64,000 nt of DNA, from NCBI GenBank assembly GCA_003282175.1, contig QBZX01000007.1:4144-68143 (forward strand). Reading direction: 5' to 3'. Numbering within the stretch: position 1 is the stretch's first letter; each line of letters opens with the position of its first letter. Of this stretch, positions 25,231 to 32,607 are shown one piece after another. The notes under the pieces are model-generated. The model was not told where the DNA came from. It was given only the letters and a program-made list of their open reading frames with translations, and searched no databases. This DNA is from Pelagibacteraceae bacterium AG-337-G06 (GTDB lineage: Bacteria > Pseudomonadota > Alphaproteobacteria > Pelagibacterales > AG-422-B15). A program made the translations under genes and the position numbers.

Positions 25231-25683
25231 TTATTGATTACTCCATTTGAGATTTGCTAAATTATTCTTTGCACTATTTGTTATATCTTTTTTATAGTCC
25301 TCATATGAAGTCGGATTCCACATTTGAAATGTCTCGCCCATGCCTACAAATGAAACTTGATCAATAATTCCCGCTGATACAATTAATTCACCAGGTATTA
25401 TTACTCTACCGTCTTGATCAAAATGAATTTGATGACTATCTGCAAATATAGAAGATGAAAAAGTATTTCTTTCTTCACTGAAAGGTCCAGCAGATTCAAT
25501 TGCATCACTTATTTTTTGCATTCTATTAATTGCACACCCTTCAATTGATTGAAGAGTTGGTGAAGGGTAACAAATCATCCCCTTAAGGCCATTTTGTTCA
25601 AGTACACTTCTGAATGATGAAGGTACTGAAACACGACCTTTCTTGTCTATGCGATTAATATAGGTAGATAGAAACAGCGCCAT
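25231..25683 (-). CDS. mraZ: Division/cell wall cluster transcriptional regulator MraZ
   Basis: MALFLSTYINRIDKKGRVSVP, DQDGRVIIP, FVGMGETFQMW. ATG 25683 chosen; a TTG at 25716 behind GAGGT is an alternative start. Confidence 0.94.
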   Translation of the reverse strand: MALFLSTYINRIDKKGRVSVPSSFRSVLEQNGLKGMICYPSPTLQSIEGCAINRMQKISDAIESAGPFSEERNTFSSSIFADSHQIHFDQDGRVIIPGELIVSAGIIDQVSFVGMGETFQMWNPTSYEDYKKDITNSAKNNLANLKWSNQ

Positions 25684-25730
25684 GTTATAAAAAAAGTTAG
25701 TTATTAAAATAATCAACAAATTACCTCGTT

Positions 25731-25775
25731 TGGGTTAAATTGGGATTACATGGGATAGTATGGGATCAGATGGGC
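25731..25775. promoter_or_regulatory. Five MraZ-type binding boxes (TGGGN, 10-bp period)
   Basis: tgggttaaat tgggattaca tgggatagta tgggatcaga tgggc on the + strand, directly upstream of mraZ; matches the TGGGN direct repeats known to bind MraZ. Confidence 0.85.
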
Positions 25776-25878
25776 AATGTCTATAGCTTTTTTTCGAATT
25801 GTTATATTTTTCAGCAGCTTATAGGATAATTCACTTTAAGCAAATTTAATAAGTTATTGAAAATAAATAGATATAAAA

Positions 25879-26234
25879 TTGCCAGATAATCTATAAGCCG
25901 GGTTCTGTGATTTAATAAAAATCAATGACTATTCATCTAGTTCGAGTGTTACCACACGAATCATGCGATCAACCCAGTTACAGCCAAGACTAACTATTGT
26001 AACTCTATTTGATCTTGCTCCTGGTGGGGTTTACCGTGCCTTTTTTGTTACCAAAAAAGCGGTGAGCTCTTACCTCACCTTTTCACCCTTACCTTATAAA
26101 TTTCAATTAAGGCGGTTTATTTTCTGCGGCACTTTCCCTGGGGTCACCCCCGCCGGGTATTACCCGGCACCATTGTCTTGTGGAGCCCGGACTTTCCTCT
26201 TTACAAGTAAAGCAGTCATCCAATTATCTGGCAA
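25879..26234 (-). ncRNA. rnpB: RNase P RNA (type A)
   Basis: Minus strand has GAGGAAAGTCCGGGCTC, AGTGCCGCAGAAA, GGTAAACCCCAC and ACAGAACCCGGCTTATA; 12-bp P1 helix TTGCCAGATAAT/ATTATCTGGCAA; usual position between amidase and mraZ. Confidence 0.96.
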
Positions 26235-26249
26235 ATACCATTTATAGTC

Positions 26250-26981
26250 TTAGTCTTTTTTGGTCAAGCTTCTGTTTTTGGATTTTATTAAATTTCGCAG
26301 ATATTCCATCAATTTATGTTTAACAGAAAATTCTTCTAGTTCTTCTGGACAATAGTGGCTCTCAAAGGCATGAATAACTTGAAGGGTTTCTTTATCCATT
26401 AATCCATTAATTGAAATTTTGTAACCAAAATCGCTCAATAAAAGCTGTAAATTTTTTATATTTGATGGGTTTAGTTCTTTTTTAGAGTTATTTTTTTTTG
26501 GAAGTAATCCAATACCTTTTTTATTTAATAATTTCCAAGGGAAAAAATAACCTGGGTCTATTTTTCTCAATGGAGCTATATCTGAGTGTCCTAGTATAAA
26601 CGCATCATTAATTTGATATTTATTTTTTAAATATATTATTAATTCTATTATTGCATCTACTTGAGACTTATTGAATTTGTGATAGCCAAATTCTTGACCT
26701 TTATTCTGTAATTCTATTCCAATTGATTTTGAATTAAGATTTTTGTCTGATCCCCAAAATGAGATACCTGCATGCCAAGCAATATTGTGATCTCTCACGA
26801 GCTGAAAGGTTTTCCCGTATTCATTAATAAAATAATGTGAGCTAACTTTATATTTTTTTGATTGCAATCTTTTTAAAGATTCTGCTGATGACTTCATTCC
26901 CGTATAATGAACTATAATATATTTTATTTTTCTTTTTTTTCTTTTTTCAAAATTAGGAGAATCTAAGAATAGAAATTTCAT
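26250..26981 (-). CDS. N-acetylmuramoyl-L-alanine amidase (AmpD/AmiD, Amidase_2) with C-terminal PG-binding domain
   Basis: VHYTGM, AWHAG, SIGIEL, GHSDIAPLRKIDPG. Confidence 0.93.
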   Translation of the reverse strand: MKFLFLDSPNFEKRKKRKIKYIIVHYTGMKSSAESLKRLQSKKYKVSSHYFINEYGKTFQLVRDHNIAWHAGISFWGSDKNLNSKSIGIELQNKGQEFGYHKFNKSQVDAIIELIIYLKNKYQINDAFILGHSDIAPLRKIDPGYFFPWKLLNKKGIGLLPKKNNSKKELNPSNIKNLQLLLSDFGYKISINGLMDKETLQVIHAFESHYCPEELEEFSVKHKLMEYLRNLIKSKNRSLTKKD

Positions 26982-27877
26982 GGAGAATTGGGAACCTTTT
27001 TCTCTTCTGGTTCACGTACCATCACTATTGCAACTCCTACTAAAGTAGTCAATGCGCCAAAAATGATTTTTACAGTAATTACCTCATCAAAACCCTCATA
27101 CAATGAATATAAAGAAATTATAAATGCGTTTATTATGGCTAATACAGGAGCCATTAGAGTTAGAGGTGTTACTTTGGATAGTTCATACTTTGTAATAAGA
27201 TAATAAAATCCTGCATGACCTATTAATGTTGCTGCAAAAGCTGTAAATAAAACAGCATACCAACCAATTAAATTAGCATTTATTATCACTTCAACATGAT
27301 TATCTTCAAAAATTAACGAAACAATTGCGAGAAAAATAAAGCTTATAAAAGCGATCCATGCCTGTAGATCAAATACCTTTATATTTTCTAATTTTTTCAT
27401 AAACAATAGACTTACAGCTATAGAGAAAGCTGCAAGAAGAGCAAAATAAACACCACCTAAGTCAGAAAAAATTGTTGGCTCGAAGACAAGTATTACAACA
27501 CCTCCAAAAGACAAAGTGATACCTAATATTCTTCTCCATCGAATAACTTCCTCAAGAAAGATTACGGACAATATGGTAGCAATTGGTACCCCCAATTGAA
27601 GTATGATTGCAACAGATGAAATATACTGAGAATTATCAAGGGCTAAATAAAAAAATGCAAAATGAATGCCCCCTCCTAGGATTGAAACGACCAAAATATT
27701 ACTCATTTGACCTTTATGAATCTTCAGGAATGGAATTAAAACAAGAGCTATAAGCAAAAAGCGCATTGTTGTAAAAAGAAATGGGGGAAACTCTGTTACA
27801 CCAATCTTTGCTGAAATAAAGGCTAAACTAAAAGCAAAATTTATCATTAATACCAAAATGATGTCTTTGGTTCTCAA
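26978..27877 (-). CDS. EamA/DMT family transporter
   Basis: About 10 TM helices in two EamA repeats; KIGVTEFPPFLFTTMRF, LQLGVP. Confidence 0.88.
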   Translation of the reverse strand: MRTKDIILVLMINFAFSLAFISAKIGVTEFPPFLFTTMRFLLIALVLIPFLKIHKGQMSNILVVSILGGGIHFAFFYLALDNSQYISSVAIILQLGVPIATILSVIFLEEVIRWRRILGITLSFGGVVILVFEPTIFSDLGGVYFALLAAFSIAVSLLFMKKLENIKVFDLQAWIAFISFIFLAIVSLIFEDNHVEVIINANLIGWYAVLFTAFAATLIGHAGFYYLITKYELSKVTPLTLMAPVLAIINAFIISLYSLYEGFDEVITVKIIFGALTTLVGVAIVMVREPEEKKVPNSP

Positions 27878-27972
27878 AATAGTTCCATTTATTGTCTAAA
27901 ATGCCTCATAAATTTAAAGTCAATTAAAGTATTAATTTGATTACAAAATTTATATAGAATAGCATCAATCTA

Positions 27973-28794
27973 ATGAATTTGAGAATACTATTAGTGCTTA
28001 TTATTGGATCAATCCTTATCTTTCAGGGTTGTGCGTCAAAGGGTACAGAATTGAATAATTCTCTATCACAACAAGAGGTGTCAAAGGCTAATGATCCATT
28101 TGAAAAAGTAAATAGAGCTGTATTCTCTTTTAATATTATTTTTGATAAAATTATTTTAAGACCAATTGCTATAACTTACAAAGCAGTTGTTCCGAGCTTT
28201 GTAAGAAATAGAATTACATATTCCTTAAATAATTTAAGTATGCCAATAACTGCGGTTAACAATCTTCTACAGGGAGAACTCAGAAAAGCCGGGGTATCGA
28301 CATCAAGGTTTATTATTAATTCAACCGTTGGATTATTAGGTTTCTTTGATCCAGCTTCCAGCATGGGATTAGTTACAGAAACCGAAGATTTTGGACAAAC
28401 ACTATCGGTTTGGGGCGTTTCCTCAGGACCGTACTTAGTGTTGCCTTTCTTGGGACCATCCAATCCTCGAGATTTTGCAGGTCTCCTGTCCACATCTCTT
28501 CTAGATCCAATGTATCAGATAGGAGGAGGAAGTGCTCCTGACTCTCTTAGAACATATAGATTAGGGACAGGTGCTGTTGATTTTAGATCACAAAATATTG
28601 AAATACTTGATGACCTACAGAATAATTCAATTGATTATTATGCAGCCATCAGAAGTTTTTATTCACAGGGAAGGGAGAGTCAAGCAGCTAGTAATCTAGA
28701 AATTGACTCTTCTGAACAAGAGAATGATATTTTTGATGACTTTGAGATAGATGAGAGCTATGTAGGACCAGATATAGAGATTTCATATGACTAA
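27973..28794 (+). CDS. mlaA: MlaA/VacJ phospholipid-asymmetry lipoprotein
   Basis: Lipobox FQGC, DPFEKVNR, EDFGQTL, GPYLVLPFLGPSNPRD. Confidence 0.93.
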   Translation: MNLRILLVLIIGSILIFQGCASKGTELNNSLSQQEVSKANDPFEKVNRAVFSFNIIFDKIILRPIAITYKAVVPSFVRNRITYSLNNLSMPITAVNNLLQGELRKAGVSTSRFIINSTVGLLGFFDPASSMGLVTETEDFGQTLSVWGVSSGPYLVLPFLGPSNPRDFAGLLSTSLLDPMYQIGGGSAPDSLRTYRLGTGAVDFRSQNIEILDDLQNNSIDYYAAIRSFYSQGRESQAASNLEIDSSEQENDIFDDFEIDESYVGPDIEISYD

Positions 28795-29386
28795 AATTAT
28801 ATTTCATATATACGTACTTCTTCTTTGCTTTAGTTTCAATCTAACAGTTCTTGCATCAAACTTTACAGAAGAAGAAAATTTCGTAACTTCATTTGCAGAC
28901 TCAGCTATATCTATCTTAAGTAATGACTCACTTTCTGATGATGAAAGAACGTCAAGTTTTACAGAATTAGTCATGTCATCAATTGATCTAAATTTAATTT
29001 CAAAATTTGTTTTATCTAAAGCATGGAAAAATGCTTCAGATGAACAAAAAGAAGCATATCTAATCGCATTCAAGGACTACTTTGTAAGTTCGTACGCAAA
29101 TAGGCTTGATCAATACGCGGGTGAAAAAGTTGATGTAGTTGGATCACAAGAAGCTGGTAAATACGTGATTGTTGAAAGCAATATTATTAGGGAGGGAACT
29201 GACACGCTTAAGATCAATCTAAAGTGGAGACTTCTAAATAAAGACAATCAAATAAAAATCATTGATTTAAATATTGAAGGCATCAGTCTTGTGATTGCGC
29301 AGCGAGAAGAATTTCAGTCATTCCTGTCTAACAATGATTACGATTTGGATAAGCTGATTGAAAAAATTGTTTCAGTCTCAGATTAA
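28787..29386 (+). CDS. mlaC: MlaC/Ttg2D phospholipid shuttle
   Basis: Signal peptide, IIDLNIEGISLVIAQREEF; follows mlaA. Confidence 0.9.
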   Translation: MTKIIFHIYVLLLCFSFNLTVLASNFTEEENFVTSFADSAISILSNDSLSDDERTSSFTELVMSSIDLNLISKFVLSKAWKNASDEQKEAYLIAFKDYFVSSYANRLDQYAGEKVDVVGSQEAGKYVIVESNIIREGTDTLKINLKWRLLNKDNQIKIIDLNIEGISLVIAQREEFQSFLSNNDYDLDKLIEKIVSVSD

Positions 29387-29760
29387 TATTCTGCTGATGG
29401 GAGACCTTTGGGTTTCCAACCTAGAGTAAAACCATCTTCAACATTAAATAAACTTTTGTAACCTTCATTCGCAACCATGTTGGCCGCCAAATTAGAACGC
29501 CCTCCTGATTTACAAATGAAATAAATATTTGAGTCCTTAGGTATTTCAAGAGAGTTAAATTCCTCAATAAAATTGAGATTTTCTGTTCCTTCCTCATTTC
29601 TTATAGCTAATTTAAAGAGAATGCCCTCAAAAGATTCTTCATCGGGGATACCATCAACATTCCACTCGGTTGGACTTCTTACGTCAATTAAGTAAGAATT
29701 CTGATCTTCGTTTAGTTTTTTAAAGCAGTCTTCAGATAAAATATTTTGTACTGAGCTCAT
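29383..29760 (-). CDS. Single-domain rhodanese (sulfurtransferase)
   Basis: LIDVRSPTEW, active-site loop CKSGGRS, NVEDGF. Confidence 0.9.
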   Translation of the reverse strand: MSSVQNILSEDCFKKLNEDQNSYLIDVRSPTEWNVDGIPDEESFEGILFKLAIRNEEGTENLNFIEEFNSLEIPKDSNIYFICKSGGRSNLAANMVANEGYKSLFNVEDGFTLGWKPKGLPSAEY

Positions 29761-29764
29761 ATTA

Positions 29765-30004
29765 TTATGTCTTTTGATTAGAGGATTTAAATCGACTCGA
29801 AATTGGATTAATTTTTGTTTTTCGTCCCCTCACTCTTTGTCTCCATTTCAGAAAAGAATTACGTTTAAGATTATCTTTCATAATCTTTATCACTTCTTTT
29901 TCTTTAAGTCCAAATTGATTATTAATATCAGTAAAGGTTGTTCGATCTTCCCAAGCCATTTCAATAATACGGTTAGTATCTGCCTGGGATAGTTTGTTCT
30001 CCAT
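29765..30004 (-). CDS. TIGR03643/DUF2805 family protein
   Basis: RIIEMAWEDRTTF...LKRNSFLKWRQRVRGRKTK signature. Confidence 0.85.
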   Translation of the reverse strand: MENKLSQADTNRIIEMAWEDRTTFTDINNQFGLKEKEVIKIMKDNLKRNSFLKWRQRVRGRKTKINPISSRFKSSNQKT

Positions 30005-30005
30005 A

Positions 30006-30794
30006 TTACTTTGATATCTTTATAGCTTGAAAATTACCAGGGCGATGTTCTCCTTTTTCAACTACACCAAGTAATTTTTCCCAAATCTCAAGCGCTCCAT
30101 CTGCTTCTTCTTTTCCAATCAGCTTTATCACCTCATCATAAAGGGGGCCTTTTATATCTGATATTTCTGTCTTAACTTTTTCTAAGTACCATTTATTACG
30201 ATCATTTAGTGATAGGACTTTAAATCCTGTTTCTTTTAAGAGACTTTTGTACTTCTCGAGTGAACACATGAACATATCTAAGCCTTCCGCTGCAATATAG
30301 TCCTTCATCTGCGCCGATGGTTCGTTATCATCATTGCGCATCCAGTCTCCAACAGAGAGAATTCCGTCATCAACTAATATATCATTTATCTCTTGGAGTA
30401 ATTTTTTTTTGTCAATGATATGCAAAAAGGCTTCCTTGCTAAAAACAACCTGAAAGGTTTTATCTTCAAATTTATGTTCACCAGGCTTAGTGCATATAAA
30501 TTTCACTTTATTAGATATGCCTTTCTTTATAGATAAATTATTTGCAGTTTCGATAACTAATGGTTCTGGATCTATTCCAATTGCTTCTTTGGCGCCATAT
30601 TTTTCTATCATATGAAAAACTGCACCTCCTGTGCCACAACCAATATCCAAAACTTTTTTGCCTTTTAAGTCTATTCCTTTTAAAATTTGATCAATTTCAC
30701 CAGTACCTCCCGGTGACAAAAATCCTTCACCCCAGATGGTTTTAAGCATATTTAATTGTTTGGGACCGTAATGTCCTTCGTCGGTTAAGCTCAT
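30006..30794 (-). CDS. Class I SAM methyltransferase of the phosphoethanolamine/sarcosine N-methyltransferase type
   Basis: WGEGFLSPGG, VLDIGCGTGG, VFSKEAFLHI, GDW; length and layout resemble single-domain PMT. Confidence 0.8.
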   Translation of the reverse strand: MSLTDEGHYGPKQLNMLKTIWGEGFLSPGGTGEIDQILKGIDLKGKKVLDIGCGTGGAVFHMIEKYGAKEAIGIDPEPLVIETANNLSIKKGISNKVKFICTKPGEHKFEDKTFQVVFSKEAFLHIIDKKKLLQEINDILVDDGILSVGDWMRNDDNEPSAQMKDYIAAEGLDMFMCSLEKYKSLLKETGFKVLSLNDRNKWYLEKVKTEISDIKGPLYDEVIKLIGKEEADGALEIWEKLLGVVEKGEHRPGNFQAIKISK

Positions 30795-30901
30795 ATAGTT
30801 AATGATATGTTTTAGATGATCTAATGGTTTTGTTTAAGTCAATAAAACTTAGATTGCATTTTCTTTTGATGACTAGCTTAATTACAGGAGGTAATAAATT
30901 T

Positions 30902-31033
30902 TTAAACGTTACCCGCCTTACTAAAATATCCTGCTGCTTCATCATATGACCTGTTTGCATATAATTTAGAAATACACAAAAGTGTTAAATGTAATGGAAT
31001 GCCAAATAACAACTCAGGTAGATCTAGATTCAT
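30902..31033 (-). CDS. Possible 43-aa small ORF (below track cutoff)
   Basis: MNLDLPELLFGIPLHLTLLCISKLYANRSYDEAAGYFSKAGNV*; weak SD and the ATG sits in a hairpin loop, so it may not be translated. Confidence 0.25.
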   Translation of the reverse strand: MNLDLPELLFGIPLHLTLLCISKLYANRSYDEAAGYFSKAGNV

Positions 31034-31051
31034 ATCAAGATACTAACCTGA
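31014..31051 (-). terminator. Imperfect hairpin directly after the stop of the 98-aa gene (possible terminator or stabiliser)
   Basis: Minus strand TCAGGT-T-AG-T-ATCT-T-GAT-ATGA-ATC-T-AGAT-CT-ACCTGA, followed by GTTGTTATTT. Confidence 0.4.
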
Positions 31052-31052
31052 T

Positions 31053-31349
31053 TTACCCCTCATAATCAAGAACAACTGTACCTGAAACAGGATCAGTTAC
31101 ACCTAATTCAGGTGATAGTTCTTCTAGGACATGCCTCATCTTGTCTAAATTTGCAATCATTGCATCTCTCTGTGCAGCAATTGCCTCTTCTGACTCCCAA
31201 ATACCGATATAGCAATAAGTTCTATCTCCTGTTTTGAAAAGACGACTAATCTTTTGGCCAGGTAAATTTTCAAAACTTTTATTGATTTCCAAATACTCTT
31301 CTTCGCAACCTTCTTTGACTTTAGCCCTAACAGCATTACAAAATTCCAT
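31053..31349 (-). CDS. Hypothetical protein, dimeric alpha+beta barrel (ABM-like)
   Basis: VRAKVKEGCEEEY...YCYIGIWESEEAI pattern typical of ABM-like folds; strong SD AAGGAGA. Confidence 0.6.
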   Translation of the reverse strand: MEFCNAVRAKVKEGCEEEYLEINKSFENLPGQKISRLFKTGDRTYCYIGIWESEEAIAAQRDAMIANLDKMRHVLEELSPELGVTDPVSGTVVLDYEG

Positions 31350-31380
31350 ATGATTTCTCCTTTAATATTAATTTAATCGA

Positions 31381-32553
31381 TTATGCATAAACTTCTTTTT
31401 CAAAAGCTACGACCATGTCGTGCCATTCTTTATCATTATAGGGATAGAAATTTGAAAAAATCAAGGCTCCCTTTTGTTTTTCTAAATTAAAGCTAAAGAA
31501 TGTGCAAGCAGCACCACCGTGAGCAATTGATCCTACAGGCCGAGAGTCATTAGGATCAAAAGATATGGTTAAACCTAACCCATATCTATTCATCTTGTTT
31601 TTTATTCTACCATTTTCGCCCATTAAAAAATTATAGTTGTCATCTCTCTCAAACATTTGATCAAAATCCCCTGGTTTTACCATTTCGTTGAAACTTAATT
31701 CGGAGATAATTTGATGACCATTAAAACTTCCTTTATTCATTAGACATTGTACAAACTTTGCGAAGTCATTGGGCGAACTAAAGATTTCAGTCCCTCCATA
31801 GTGTGATTTTCTCCAAAATCGCAAGTAGGGCTGACCTATAAAGGGCATTTTTCTAATCACTTTAGATTTTTTTCCCTGTCTAATACCTAAGGGTACAATT
31901 TTATGTTTTTTTTCTTTGGGAATAGTAAAAAAAGTATTTGTCATATTTAAAGGATTAAAAATATTTTCTTTACAATATTCCTCTAATGATTGACCTGAAA
32001 CCTTTTCAATCATCATACCTACAAATCCAAGTCCAGTACCATATTTAAAATTAGTTCCAGCCTCAAATAGTCTTGGTCCTTTTGAAAATGGATAAATGTA
32101 TGTAACTATTCCTTTAATAAATAAATATAATTTCATAAAGTTAGACAACCCTCTAAATTTCTTGGAAGTAATCATCATTAGTGAATTATATGCAAATCCT
32201 GATGTATGTGACATTAAGTGCCTTAATGTGATTGATTTAGTCTGTTTGACTAGCCTATTATCATCAGTCAATACTGGGATATTTGCTAATTCAGGAAGAA
32301 TTTCCTCAGCCGGTGAATCCAAATTTAATTTACCCATTTCAACTAACTGCATTGCTGCCAGAGCAGTTATTGGTTTGCTCATAGACATTAATCTAAATAT
32401 ATGATCACCATTTAGATCATCTTCATTATTCCAGTGAGATTTGCCAAAAGAAATAGAATTACTCACAAAATTATCATCATTTTTTTTTAAATAAATAAAA
32501 TGACAATTTTTTACCGAATTCTCATTAAATAATTTTTTAATTTTTTCAAACAC
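31381..32553 (-). CDS. Serine hydrolase, beta-lactamase fold (EstB/LovD-like family VIII esterase)
   Basis: SxxK (SMSK), ITLRHLMSHTSG, FKYG, HGG; no signal peptide; GTG start. Confidence 0.85.
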   Translation of the reverse strand: MFEKIKKLFNENSVKNCHFIYLKKNDDNFVSNSISFGKSHWNNEDDLNGDHIFRLMSMSKPITALAAMQLVEMGKLNLDSPAEEILPELANIPVLTDDNRLVKQTKSITLRHLMSHTSGFAYNSLMMITSKKFRGLSNFMKLYLFIKGIVTYIYPFSKGPRLFEAGTNFKYGTGLGFVGMMIEKVSGQSLEEYCKENIFNPLNMTNTFFTIPKEKKHKIVPLGIRQGKKSKVIRKMPFIGQPYLRFWRKSHYGGTEIFSSPNDFAKFVQCLMNKGSFNGHQIISELSFNEMVKPGDFDQMFERDDNYNFLMGENGRIKNKMNRYGLGLTISFDPNDSRPVGSIAHGGAACTFFSFNLEKQKGALIFSNFYPYNDKEWHDMVVAFEKEVYA

Positions 32554-32607
32554 ACTAGAATTTTACAAAAGGAGGCAAATTTAGAAAGATTAAAAATTAA
32601 TCATATC

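Noticed and set aside
25731-25775. Periodic TGGG repeats as a CRISPR or microsatellite
   Set aside because: 4-5 bp units at 10-bp period upstream of mraZ fit MraZ boxes; no 23-47 bp repeats, spacers or cas genes.
25963-26247. 94-aa plus-strand ORF
   Set aside because: Antisense to rnpB; a typical spurious ORF from the GC-richer RNA gene.
30795-31052. Known riboswitch (SAM-V, glycine, TPP) upstream of the methyltransferase
   Set aside because: Could not match any consensus by eye; kept only as an unassigned structured spacer pending an Rfam scan.
31381-32553. Antibiotic-resistance beta-lactamase
   Set aside because: No signal peptide and HGG instead of KTG; fits an esterase-type member.
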